A stretch of 63,991 nt of DNA, counting the filler, from Octopus bimaculoides (Eukaryota): assembly GCF_001194135.2 (NCBI RefSeq). It is 4 parts of 4 records of this genome, joined end to end, with 100 filler letters (N's around TTAATTAATTAA, not from the genome) between each part and the next. Parts side by side here need not be neighbours in the genome. Positions count along the whole stretch, not along the records: positions 12,775 to 40,722 come from NC_068983.1; 3 more parts are not named here. The stretch is one strand, 5' to 3'. The notes under the pieces were generated by a model, which saw only the letters and a list, made by a program, of their open reading frames with translations, did not search any database and was not told where the DNA came from. Positions 24,925-38,088 of this stretch are shown here, piece after piece. The translations under genes and the position numbers were made by a program. Positions within the stretch are counted from its first letter, which is position 1; each line of letters begins with the position of its first letter.

Positions 24925-26029
24925 GTACTTGAGTTTTTATTAATGTTTGCTTGTGAAAGCAGGTATGTGCAAGCTGTCACCTGTTGCTATCTTGCCATCT
25001 CTGGCACTGCGCAATCTTCTGTTTTATGAGGACGAATGCAATAAATACCGTAACAAATAAATGAATTTGATAGGCAAGTTCTAGCAGCTTTCCCATCCAT
25101 TATGTCATGTCGTGTGTATGTGTATGCTTGCATGTGTGCATGCATGTGAGTGTTTTATTGAAAACATGAATATGGAATCAATTTATTGTTTTGTCATTTT
25201 TACTAATGACCTTACTTATGTGGTTGTGTTTTTCGTTTATTTATTTTTTTCATGGTGGTGAGTGCAAAATATCAAATCACTGGATTGATTTCCTGATATT
25301 ACTTGTCTTATTGATTCTCTTCATGTACATTTTTTTTTTTTCTTTTAAAGCTTAGAATGATGTCAGGGTTTCTCTGTTTTGTTTTATTTTGTTTTCTGTT
25401 TGGTGGAATGCGTTTTGTGTGTAAGGAAATTTTGTGCATTCGATTGAAGTTTACATGCGTTATATAAGTGTTCAGTTTGTTAAATGTAGACATGGTTGTG
25501 CCATTTGAATGCAGTTATATGGATGAGTATTTCTGTGTGTATGACACAGAGTTACAAAATATACATCCATACAAGTATGTGTGTACTATGTAGACAGATA
25601 TATTTTTTCATTATACATGCATACATACTATGTACTTGTGGTAATGGTGTCACATAAAAAGCACTGGTGCTGATGTCACATGAAAAGCACTGGAGCTGAT
25701 GTCACATAAAAGGTACTAGTGCTGGTGTCACATAAAAAGCACCCAGTACACTCTGTAAGGTGGTTGGCATCAGGAATGGCACCCAGCTATAGAAACCACG
25801 CCAAAACAAACAACAGAGCTTGGTGTGGCCCCTGGCCCTACAAGCTCCTGTCAAACCATCCAGCCCATGCCAGCATGGAAGATAGACATTAAATGATGAT
25901 GATGTATGGCACAATTTGTGGAGGTACCACTGAGTGTGTGTTATTGTCTTTTGTCTTATGTTATACACTTTTCTACTCAAGACACTTAATTTATCAACCC
26001 TGAAAGGATGAAAGGCAAAGTCGACTGCA

Positions 26030-26175
26030 GTTCACCACCATCCCCTGCCGGAGCCTCGTGGAGCTTTAGGCGTTTCACTCAATAAACACTTACAACGCCC
26101 GGTCTGGGAATCGAAACCACGATCCTATGACCGTGAGTCTGCTGCCCTAACCACTGGGCCATTGCGCCTCCACTA
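26030..26175 (-). mobile_element. tRNA-derived SINE family F
   Basis: Minus-strand GTGGAGGCGCAATGGCCCAGTGGTTAGGGCAGC...GGTTTCGATTCCC. Confidence 0.75.
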
Positions 26176-26734
26176 TGGCACCTATACAATAATTATTACT
26201 TAACTTTTATCAAATTTCTTGATTCTTATACAGAATGATGGAATGAACACTAATTTTCAAAAGAAAAAATATTTACCTTAACACAAAACTGAATTTCTTG
26301 TTTGTATATTTGCAGTAAGAATATTATATTAGTTTTCTAAATTTTATCAACATAATTACAATCTACTCCATTGGAAACCTATCTCTGCAAAATATCATTA
26401 AAAATGTATATTTTTCAAAATGTTATAAGTCTTCTTGCCTCTTATGTTAACACTCTACCCCACTCTTTTGCTTTCTCCACTCCACTTTCTCTGCATGATG
26501 TAAAGTGTGACAACCAAAATTTATATCTGTTGTTGTTGCTATATATATATAGATTAATTAGCTTCAGATCATATGTGTACATAATTGGCTAAAAGCTTGA
26601 GTTAATTCTCTGAATTGGATTGGAATATAAACTACAATCTGATTGGTTTTCTTTTCTTGTTGGTTTGCAGGATTCTTTTAGTTCCATTTCCTATGATTTA
26701 TACAGTTCTATATTTAAGATATGAGGAATTACTT

Positions 26735-26946
26735 ACATTATTTACATTCGACGGATATTTGTCCTCATCTTGTTTGTTGTTAACACAACGTTTCGGCTGA
26801 TATACACTCCAGCCTTCTTCAGGTGTCTTGTGGAAATTCCAAACCTGGGTTCTCATTCCTAAGGTATTTTTCGATATTATTATTATTATGATTATTACTC
26901 AGGTCACTGCTTGGAATCGAACTCGGAATCTTGGGGTTAGTCTTAA
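26735..26946 (-). mobile_element. tRNA-headed SINE-like element (family G) carrying a hammerhead motif
   Basis: Minus strand: truncated head ...ACTAACCCCAAGATTCCGAGTTCGATTCC (B box), (AAT)n, unique body, hammerhead motif, tail ...CGAATGTAAATAATGT. A head with an A-box remnant (GTAGTGGTTAGG) is also at ~46330-46430. Confidence 0.7.
26782..26827 (-). ncRNA. Minimal type I hammerhead ribozyme motif (candidate)
   Basis: GACAC-CTGAAGA-A-GGCTG[GAGTGTATAT]CAGCC-GAAAC-GTT-GTGTT: stem I GACAC/GTGTT, intact CUGANGA and GAAA, 5-bp stem II, palindromic AACGTT stem III, GUU cleavage triplet. Confidence 0.75.
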
Positions 26947-27162
26947 TCTTGGGCTACTAACCCCAAAATTCCAAGTTCAATTCCAAGCAGTGACCTGAAC
27001 AATAACATTAATAATAATAATAACATCGAAAAATACCTTAGGAATGAGAACTCAGGTTCGAAATTTCCCCAAGACACCTGAAGAAGGCTGGAGAGTATAT
27101 CAGCCGAAACATGTTAACAACAAACAAGATGAGGACAAATATCCGTTGAATGTAAATAATGT
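26947..27162 (+). mobile_element. Second family-G copy, inverted relative to the first; hammerhead damaged
   Basis: Reverse-complement homolog of 26735-26946. 27073-27115 keeps CTGAAGA, stem II and GAAAC but has GAAACATGTT instead of GAAACGTTGTGTT, which loses stem I pairing. Confidence 0.75.
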
Positions 27163-27189
27163 TCCTATGATTTATTTTCATTTGTAGTA

Positions 27190-27548
27190 ATGCCAGTGCT
27201 TTGACTAAGGACTGGCAAGCCGGGAAGCTGCACCAGGCTCCAGTCTGATTGGCAAGGTTTCTACAGCTGGATGTCCTTCCTAAAGCCAATCATTTTGAGT
27301 GTAGATGGTATTTTATATGTCCCACCAGCATGGGTGCCAGTCAGGCGGCACTGGGTTCAACCACACTTGAATGGTGTTTTTTTTACATGCCACCGGAACG
27401 AGTGCCAGTCAGGCAGCATTGGCATCGGCCAGGCTTGAATGGTACTTTTTATGTTCCACTGGCACTGCTGCCAGTCAGGTGGCACTAGCATTGACCATAC
27501 TTGAATGGTGCCTTTTATGTGCCACCAGCACCCATGCTGGTGGCACAT
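27190..27548 (-). mobile_element. Family C with ~4 tandem units, ending in a perfect 14-bp fold-back
   Basis: Units at ~27315-27530. ATGTGCCACCAGCA-ccca-TGCTGGTGGCACAT at 27517-27548. Confidence 0.8.
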
Positions 27549-28158
27549 TTTAGTTTTTTAAAGTTAGACATTTCATAATCATGGAAGGAGTAAAGAAATA
27601 TTGAAGGGGTGGGGTGGAGGGGGGTCACCTGTTGCCATGAGTTTCAGATAAACTATATTTTTAGCATTCTCACTCTCAGAGCATTGTATCTTGCTGCTTG
27701 TCAGGGCAATAGAATATGCTACAGTGAGTTAATTATTCTTCAAATCATATAGCCATTTTGGATATTGAGTAAATGTCTGGTCCAGTGGCTTGTGAGGTTT
27801 TTAACGAATTTTCATTGTGGTGGTTAATTACTCTTCATTTAACTCCTGTCAATTTACATAAGTAGATAAACAAGGTTAGCCAGGTTAACGACCTGTCACT
27901 TTATACTTTTCTGTACATATGCTATGAAAACTAGCTCAGAAAACTGATAGCAAAAAGCATAAATTTGTGACTCGTATTTCTTAATAGGAGAGAAAATAGC
28001 AAACTTCAGTAGGGCTTATTTATTGTGGTTGTGTATTATATAACTATGAAAAATTTAGGGTTTTTGGTGTCAATATATGTGCGATTGTACATTAACATGT
28101 GACTATTATATAGCTCATGAGTGTATATTTCACTTGATCATTGTAATGGTGTTGTTGC

Positions 28159-28203
<45 letters not shown>

Positions 28204-28359
28204 TGGTATGCACAAATATTTTACACTCAGAATTAATATCGTTGTATACCGGGTCACAACCAGTTTCCTTAGATATCAAGGACCTTTCTTATAATACTTG
28301 CTGTTCCAGTAGATCAGATTTCTGAATTTATTATTGTTATTATTATTATTATTATTATC

Positions 28360-28391
<32 letters not shown>

Positions 28392-28419
28392 CAGTAGCAG
28401 CAGCAGCAGCAGTAATAAG

Positions 28420-28640
28420 TCGGTGAGCTAGCAGAACTGTTAGCATGCCAGGGAAAATGTTTAGTGCATTTTGTCTGTCTTTACATTCTGAGCTCAAATT
28501 CCACTGAGGTCGACTTTGCTTTTCGTTCTTTCAGGGTCAGTAAAATAAGTACCCGTTGCATACTGGGGTTGATGTGATCAACTTAACACCCACCCACCCC
28601 CGAAATTGCTGGTCTTGTGCCAAAATTTGAAACCGTTAAT
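28420..28640 (+). mobile_element. SINE family B
   Basis: GGTGAGCTAGCAGAA head, same body. Confidence 0.8.
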
Positions 28641-30782
28641 ATTGTTGTTGTTCTTGACTTGCAAGAGATGACGTGTACTAATTCTGTTCTATGTTGAAAG
28701 AATTGTTGATAATTTCAGGAATGCTGTCATTTATTGTGCCTCAGAAAATAAATAAATAACTAAATATTTTGCTTTCGCATAAGCATAATTACATTAAAAT
28801 GTCTGTCACAACTGTCATAAGATGATTAATTGCACGTAATAAATGTACAAATTGTACACTGAACAATACCAGAAATGAAAATTAAATTATTATTACCACC
28901 AGGTGATAATAGTCATCACCATCATCATCATCTAGTGTTTTAAATCCGGGTTTTGCCCCCGTTAACAAGGCTGGCCGGATCTACTTCAATGCCATAGCAA
29001 TTGAGGTAGGCAGGTGCAGTCCACCCCAACCTTTGGGCTGGCTGGTGCCCATTCTCCTTTGCTGTCATGAGGCTTTTTTGGAGCTGGATTTTCTACGGGG
29101 AGCATGCCCTTGCTTACCCCAACCTCAGTTTCTAGACATGAGTGGTCCTGAGACCAAGGCCTCCACCACGATTTTTAAGAAATGTGGTGGAAAACTAGCA
29201 CAGGAAGGCAGGAACGGTACCCCCTGAGACCACTTTTTGAGTCCCTCCCCACCTACATTCTTTGCCTTACATCCAATATTCTGCAAGAACATGTCTGGCG
29301 TTTGATGCAGTCTTAGGATATATTGGTTCCTGTCAAGCTCCTACCAGCATGGAACATAGACGTTAATTGTTGTTGTTGGTGGTGGTGGTGGTGATGGTGA
29401 TGTGAGGGATGTGTGTGTGTGTATACACAGGTTAGTTGAGTTAGAGGTTAAAATAACTAAGGGATAGAAGTATCCATTACACTACCGGTATATTAACTAT
29501 ATTTAACCAGGGGTTTATCAAGAATGAAAATTTAAAGAAAACAAAAAATGGAGGAGTATTTATGAACGACAATTGACTTACATGATAATTGATGTAAGTC
29601 AATTGTTGTTCATCAGTACTTCTCCATTTTCTGTNNNNNNNNNNTATATATATATCTGTAACTGTATCTAATTCATTTAATCAGTCCTGCTATCTGTTTA
29701 CTATGTTTTATACATCACTCCAAAGGGGTGGAAGGCAAACCAATTTCTTGAATGATTTGAAATTATTAATGACTGATGATGACATAAAACCTCAGCTCCA
29801 AAATTATATGGGAAGCTGTAGTGTCTATGTCTTCTCAAATTGCTTTAGTAAAATCAATGAAATGGTTGCAATTGAAGACAAATATTTAGATGTAATTTTT
29901 ATTTTCTGAGAACTTATTGCCACTCCATTATAGCGATATTATAACAATAATGATCTTGATGATGGTTAAAAATTGGTCTTAATATTTCTTTTTTTTTTTT
30001 CTATTTAGAATTTTACTTCGCATTGAAGTTAGCATTTAAAATAATGTTACTACTATGTTGAAGAGGAAAATAACAGCATCGCTTTTTCCCATTGTTTGCA
30101 AATAGATTAAATGTAGATGTATGTGTGTGTGTTTGCTTATGTTTATGACTTTGAAGAAAACAATCAACTTGCATGTTTCTCTACTTTGCCTCTCTAATTT
30201 ATTTTTAAACTTAACTCTGCTCCAATAACACAGTGTAAATAGAGTCTTGAGTTTTTATATATGAACCAATTCTCGTTAAATCTTTTGATGTTGTTACTCA
30301 TAGCACATTTGGTAATATAATTATCTTCCTTGATATAATTCTTGAAGTAATTAGGGTATAAAATAGTTAACTGAATCCGACAAACTATCCACAGTTTAAC
30401 ACCATTTAAATTCATTTCCTGTAAATATTATTGAGAAGTTTTAGGGGGCAGTGCTCATGAAGACATATATATGAGAAGTTCTTGGTTCATGTTATATAAT
30501 TTAATGTTATATAATTTAATGTTACTGTGATCCTAAAAAAGGAGAGTGTATATAGTATGAAAGAAGATAAAAATAACATTAACATACATTTCATGCAAAA
30601 TTCTATACCCATGTATATATCTGCTAGCCTTCTTTTTCTAACCAGATATATGGTAATAAAAAGTATACACATAGTAAAAACAGTTCTCAGGAATTATTTT
30701 ATACTGTTTCTTTGAATGAACAAAAGTTTTTAAGTTCAAACTTTTCCAGGATCTCAGAATCAAAATAACAAACTGAATCTCG

Positions 30783-31415
30783 CCATCATCATCATTGTTT
30801 AACGCCCGCCTTCCATGCTAGCATGGGTTGGATGATTTGACTGAGGACTGGCAAACCAGAAGGCTGCACCAGGCTCCAATCTGATCTGGCAGAGTTTCTA
30901 CAGCTGGATGCCCTTCCTAACGCCAACTACTCCAAGAGTGTAGTGGGTGCTTTTACGTGCCACCGGCACGAGGGCCAGTTAAGTCGTACTGGCAACGGCC
31001 ACACTTAAAATGGTGTTTTTTACGTGCCACCTGCACAGGAGCCAGTCCAGCGGCACTGACAACGACCTCGCTCAAATGTTTTTTCACATGCCACTGGCAC
31101 AAGTGCCTCCCTGCATCACTAACACACACATATATAGGAAATATGCTTAGCCTTGAATTCAGGTCATTATGTCTACAATTTTATATTCAGTTGTATTGTG
31201 TATATGTAAAATGCACTGGTGCTGGTGCCACATAAAAATCATTCAGTACACTCTGTAAAGTGGAGAGTGTTAGGAAGGGCATCCAGTCTTAGAAACCAAG
31301 CCAAAACAGACACAGAAGTCTGGTGCAGGCTCCTGCCTGGCCAGCTCCTGTTGAACTGTCCGACATGGACAGCATGGAAAATGGATGTTAAATGATGACG
31401 GTGGTGGTGGTGATT
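30783..31415. mobile_element. Inverted pair of family C copies (30783-31110 minus; 31213-31415 plus)
   Basis: Shared GGAAGGGCATCCAG core in opposite orientation, ~100 bp apart. Confidence 0.75.
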
Positions 31416-32881
31416 GTATATACATAATATGTTGCTATTTTTAGTGAACTTGGTAGCCTTTTATCATCATAAACTGAAATGTTTAATGTTGGGGTAACCA
31501 GCAAGTGTTGTAGAATAGGAAATAATAAGTTGGGATAAATGATGGATTCTGAAAGTAGGTAATATGTTAGTGATGGAAAGTGTTGTACAATAGAAGATAT
31601 GTAGGGGAAACTGGTAGGAGATGCAGGATAGATGATAGAAGATTTGGTGGGATAATTGGCGAGGGATGGGTTGGGACTGTATTGGGACTATGGTGAGTAT
31701 CATATGGTTGGAAATATGTTGAGGATATTGGTGACAGAGGGGACAGTTGGAAACAAGCTTCTGGTTAGTTTTGATTTCTTGTGGAAGATACTGTATTTAT
31801 CCCTGTAATACTTTTGGAAAGTGCAAGAACATGGCAACATCTCATTTTCCTGTCAAATAAACATGGGCTCTTGCATCTTAGAAAAGAAGCCAAATTTTAA
31901 AATGCGGATGCATGCACATACACACACTCTCTCTCTTTCACACACACACACATACTCACACACTCACACTCACACACATACACGTTAATGTCATAATTCT
32001 CCCCAAAGAATTTTATATATGTATATATATATATATAGGCACAGATATGGCTGTGTGGTGAGAAGTCTGCTGCCCAATCACATGGTTTTGGGTTCAGCCT
32101 CACTGCATGGCTCCTTCAAAGTGAACACACCAACACCAGTTGTCAAACGGTTGTAGACATACACACACATGTATGTATGTAATATGAATGTAACTTTCTT
32201 GTCTCAACCAACTCAAATTACTGAAAACAAAATCTGAGTAAAGATGCTTAAATGATAAAAAAATGAAAAAAACAGAAAAATCTATCTCCTTTCTATTAAT
32301 CCTATTTGAACTACTTTGTCCTTCCACAAACAGATTGATTTCATTTTGTATTTGTTTCCTAACTGTTATTATCATAACTACTAAAACAAATTCATGTGCT
32401 CTGTTCCAGAGATTAAACATTCTTCATATGTAATTATTCTGCAATCAAACTGTCATTTATACTGTATTAGCCAGAGCAGTATACTATCAAGAAGCTAAAC
32501 CTAACACTCTGATGCCTTCGTCTTTCTTGTTTTCTACACTATTACAATCAGTATCTAACTTGAACCACATCTTTCTCCTTTGTGGATTAGACCTATCTTC
32601 TATACAAATTAATCACAGAAATAAGTGGTTAGTTCAGTTCACTTCCATCTTCATCTCTTTTATCACGAATGTAGTGCTTCCTTTTATACCATGATCTTTC
32701 AAAGTCATAGAGTTACTATATTCTCTCTGCTTTCCAAAGTTTTTGTGCTGTATTATGAAACCTTTAGCTTAGAAAAATTCCCTTTTGTCAAAAACAAATT
32801 TTCAAGTAGCAGCAACTATTTTGACATTACTTTTGACTTTGGTGTCTGTTACTGAATTTTGTGTATACAAGTGCACAGGTT

Positions 32882-32917
<36 letters not shown>

Positions 32918-33140
32918 CATGTATGCGAACCATGTACTGTGTGTGTGTGTGTATGTGTGTGAGCAATGTGTCAGTATGTGTATGTGGCATGGCTGTGTAC
33001 TTAAGAAGCTTGCTTCCCAGCCATGTAGTCTTAGGTTCAGTTCCACTGCACAGCACCCTGAGCAGGCATCTACTATAGCACTGTGTTAACCAAAGCATTG
33101 TGAATAGATTTGGTAGATGGAAACTGAAAGAAGCCTTACA

Positions 33141-33171
<31 letters not shown>

Positions 33172-33294
33172 TGGCATTCTATTGGTTATGACAATGAGGG
33201 TTCCAGTTGATCTGATCAACAGAGCAACTAGCTCATGAAATTAACGTGCACGTGGTTGAGCACTCCACAGACAGGCACGCAGACTCTTTCCTTT

Positions 33295-33715
33295 TCTACT
33301 CTAGGCACAAGGCCTGAAATTTTGGGGGAGGAGGGCAGTTGATTAAATTGACCCCAGTACGCAACTGATACTTAATTTATCAGACCCAAAAGGATGAAAG
33401 GCAAAGTTGACTTTGATGGAATTTGAACTCAGACGGTAAAGTAGGACGAAATACTGCTAAGCATTTCATCTGGCATGCTAACTTTTCTACCGGCTCACTG
33501 CCTTATCCTTTCTACTATAGGCACAAAGAATTTTGGGGAAGGGGATGAGTTGATTACATCAACTCCACTGCATAACTGGTACTTAATTTATCAACCCTGA
33601 AAGGATGAAAAGCAAAGTCGACCCCAGCGGCAATTGAATTCAGAACATTGAAGACAGATGAAATACCGCTAAGTGATTCACCCAGTGTGCTAACAATTCT
33701 GCCAGCTCTCCACCT
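33295..33715 (-). mobile_element. Two tandem SINE family B copies
   Basis: Repeated GTACTTAATTTATC...GGATGAAAGGCAAAGT...GAACTCAGA modules. Confidence 0.8.
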
Positions 33716-34439
33716 TTCCTTATAGGAATATTAAATCTCCATCAGTACTTGACTGGACTCCAATGAATGTTGACCTCAGCAGTATATGAACTCTACATTA
33801 AAAGCTTGTAACTAAACACTGCTTGTATTTCAGCCTATGTTCTGATGCCTATAGAATATTTTTCACTTTAAAATTTAACTATGCTTTATCAGATAAACTT
33901 TCTTGATATCTTCCACTTGTTACATTCATTTACAGTTGTATGCATTTTATTTGTATACTAACATAATACTATAGTACCTGTCAAAAATGATTGGGTTTAT
34001 TTGTTTCCTTTTAGTAATTCTTAATGTTTTTGCATCAAGCCTTGATCCATTTTGATTATTCTCATTTTCATTCAGTTATTCTCATTGACTTACATGTTTC
34101 ATTATTTCTTCTCTTCTCTGTCTATATCCATATTTCCATAATCTTTTTCTCTTAACTAGAATGTAATCTACTCCTTTTCTCTTCAATCCTTATCATTCCC
34201 CATCTGTTCCTCACTAATACGACACATAACTTCTCTCTCTCTCTTTCCATCTCTATCATTCTCATTTTCTATGCCTCTTCTATTTTATCACAGCACCTCT
34301 CTAATTCTCTCTATTGCACAGAGAGAAATTAGAGAATGTCTCACACAGACTCTTCCTCCCACACTCTTTCTCCCATTCCTGCCTATAATTTACTGTCTGC
34401 TTCACATGACTGTGCATCACACAGACTGCTAACTATTGC

Positions 34440-34492
<53 letters not shown>

Positions 34493-35326
34493 CTCTCCTC
34501 CATCAAGGTCCCACATATCTATCTAATGCTCAGTTCTTTGTAATACATTCTTTATATCATTTTCCACCTCTCTCAGCATGGCTACTGCTTTCTCTTTCCA
34601 GCATGTCAGGAACACGGAAGCCAACCTACATAAATAACCCGACATGTATGGCTTAGCATTTTATACATTAAGATGCAGAAAAAAAAACCATTCATATTGC
34701 CACATTCTGACACACTGCAGCTGAAACCATTTACATTTTTCTCATCCTTTTGTCTCTTTCAAATGTGTTCAACTTGAAAGAAATATATATAAAAGGGGGA
34801 AAAAATCCTACATTAAGAAATAAAAAAAAAGAATGTTTTTTCAACAGATGTTCTCATAGTCTAAGCAATTGTTATGAAACACTTCAAAATACAAGACTAA
34901 ATGACTCCAAGGCAATCAAATCAGGTTTAACATTCCAATTGTAAATAGAATGAATCATATCGTTATGTTGAACTATTAAACTCTTTCACACTAATTTCTC
35001 TAAACTCCGCCCCGCCCCATCCCCACCCTTTCTCGCTATTAATTATGGTTATTCATTTATTTAATCAACTCTGGAATATTTCTCTCTTGACTCAAACACT
35101 TGAAACTATCCGAATTTAAGGTTTCAAATTTGGAAAAGTAAACAAATAAAACTCATGATAAATATATAAATAAAAAATAGAAAATATTTTAAAAAAACAC
35201 CCACACGAAGAAAATATTAACATGCTTGCTTCTATTGGGGTCAGTCTAACACAAAACAACCTACCTTTGCTGAAGTTAGATGGTCCTTTTGCATCGTTGG
35301 CACCATTTTTGCTGTTACTGTTTAAC

Positions 35327-35666
35327 TACCGCCTTTAGTCGAGCAAATCGACCCCAGGACTTATTCTTTGTAAGCCTAGTACTTATTCTATTGGTCTCTT
35401 TTTGCCAAACCACTAAGTTACAGGGACGTAAACACCAGCATCGGTTGTCAAATGATGTTGGGGGAACAAACACAAACACACATATATATACATATACATA
35501 TATACGACTGGCTTCTTTCAGTTTCCGTTTACCAAATCCACTCACAAGGCTTTGGTCGGCTTGAGGCTACAGTAGAAGACACTTGCCCAAGGTGCCATGC
35601 AGTGGGACTGAACCCAGAACCATGTGGTTGGTAAGCAAGCTACTTACCACACAGCCACTCCTGCGC
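35327..35666 (-). mobile_element. SINE family A, near full length
   Basis: Head ends CAGCCACTCCTGCGC. Internal (AT)n. Confidence 0.9.
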
Positions 35667-36391
35667 TGTGTGTAATATTTTTTTCTGAGTTATTTTTTGG
35701 TTCAATTGTAGCAATTTTAAAATCAAATCTTTGTATATATGTGTATGTGGATGAAAGTGGGGGTTGGATGCCCTAGAAAATGGAATTGCCTCGATGAATT
35801 CCATGGACGTTAAAACCATGATGATGATGATGATGATGATTATGATGATGATTGTCATCGTCATCATCGTGGTGGTGGTGGTGATTTTTGGGTGTGTAAT
35901 GCTTCTAATAAATTTAAGAGTAATATAGGTTAAAAATAAGCTAATTGAATTAACTTTCGTGCTAGAAATCAATTCTTTGATGTTTTAATCTTTATAATCT
36001 TTTGAACTTTATTTCCACATTTTTGCAACATAGTTTGTGACCTATTTTCCAAATTAGGAGGATGCCAAATCATTTCTACTTATGCTGGAAGGAACAAAGA
36101 TATAAAGAATCTAAGAAACCCCATATTCTATATCATTGATTTATGATGCAGTGATTGATCATAGCTTTAATTGATTGATTGGTTGATCATAGCTTTGATT
36201 TTTATTACATCTTCTTTGATATGGTAGAAAGTTAAAATGGAGTAATATTTCTTATGAGTTTAGTCAAATATAAAGTACAAGATAACATCTGTGTCCCTGA
36301 ATGAATCTCATAAAAGGTTCTTTAGCAACATCAGTTTTTTGGTGTTTATATGGGGTGTCTGATAGAGGTTACTATCAATAGAAGGGCCCTC

Positions 36392-36427
<36 letters not shown>

Positions 36428-37036
36428 CTGGCTTCTTTCAGTTTCCAATCTACCAAATCCACTCAAAAGGCTTTGGTAGAAAACACTTGCCCAAGGTGTC
36501 ACACAGTGGGACTGAACCCAGAACCATGTGGTTATATATATATAGATAGATAGATAGATATATGACTGAGGGCTGGCAGGCCAGAAGGCTGCACGAGGAT
36601 CCAATCCGATCTGACAAAGTTTCTGCAGCTGGTTGCCCTTCCTAATGCCAACCACTCTGAGAGTGTAGTGGGTGCTTTCTATGTGCCACTGGTACGAGGG
36701 CCAGTCAGGTGGTACTGGCATTGACCACGCTTGTATGGTGCTTTTTACACGCCACCAGTACGGGAGCTAGTCAGGCAGCACTGGCCATCCGACCCATGCC
36801 ATCATGGAAAGCGGACGTTAAACAATGGCCACTGTCCAGTAACTGAAACAAGTAAAAAAAAAATATTGGACAAGGAAGAGAGATTTATTCTTAAATATTT
36901 CTGAGCATCCATTTGTCAACTTCCTTCATACAATTCTAGTTTTACCTTACAGCATGGAATAATCTCATAAAAATGGAAATCTTGTGACATGTCATGCTTC
37001 TTTCCTATAACTTGGACTGGAAATAGACATAACTGG

Positions 37037-37075
<39 letters not shown>

Positions 37076-37758
37076 CATGCATGCATGCACACACGTGTGT
37101 GTGCACACATACATGCACACACATACTCACACACTCATTCACACACATACACACATGTGCACGCACACATGCACTCACACAAACACTCACACATACACTC
37201 ACACACACACATTGGAAAATTGACAGAGTTGTTAAGAGTGTCAGCTTTGCCTTGCAGTATTCCCCCCNNNNNNNNNNCCCACTCTCTCGCTCTCACTCTG
37301 TGCTCTCAGTTCAAATCTTGATCTTTTAACCTTTCAGGAATAAAGTAACCAATCTTAGGCTGTTGGACTAGCAGAATTATCAGTGCATTAGACAAGACAC
37401 TAGACAAAATTTATTCCGGTTATTTGCATTTTGAGTTCAGTTCCCACCTAGGTGTTTATGGTCAGGGCCTCTTGCAGCTGACCAGTCCAGACACAAACAA
37501 CCAGCATTGATAAACTGGACTATTACATGCTGAGGCTTCCTCCAGTAGTAAATTAAAAATAGCTGAATGGGATTGATGACTTTCGGTATTTAACTCTTAA
37601 CTTCCTCAATGATGCAGAACCACATAAGACTGCACCAGTCAGCTAGTCCTGAAACAGAATATCACAAGAATTATTCTAATTTTATTGACATTCATTTCTC
37701 TATTGCTTATTTCTGTTCTGTTATGGAATCCCGACAGAACAGAATCATTGACTTAGAC

Positions 37759-38088
37759 CAGGGCTGGCCAACCTGAGGCCCGTGGGGCGCATGCGGCCCG
37801 CAGACTTTTATCTTGCGGTTCACTTGATACTTTTCTTGAAGTATTGTGTTTAATTTCAAAATAAGATTGTTTATGTAAAACATTTGTTTCAAAATAAATG
37901 TAAAATTTCTTAGTGGCAATAAAGCAAAGGCCTACAGTTTTATAATTTTAAACAAACGAAAAGTATGAAAAATTCTTGATTCTGTAATTTGATTGTTTGA
38001 CTGTTTGTGCATAAAGTATACAAGTGGCCCTCAAAAAACTTTCTGTTATTAAAGTGGCCCACAGTATAATTTGAATTGGCCAGGCCTG
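37759..38088. mobile_element. hAT (Buster/Charlie-like) MITE
   Basis: TIRs CAGGGCTGGCCAA / TTGGCCAGGCCTG. TSD ACTTAGAC / ATTTAGAC (7/8, central TA). Subterminal GGCCC motifs. Confidence 0.85.

Noticed and set aside
27315-27530. Repeat array superficially like a CRISPR
   Set aside because: Units are contiguous tandem repeats without unique spacers, inside a eukaryotic retroposon, with no cas genes.
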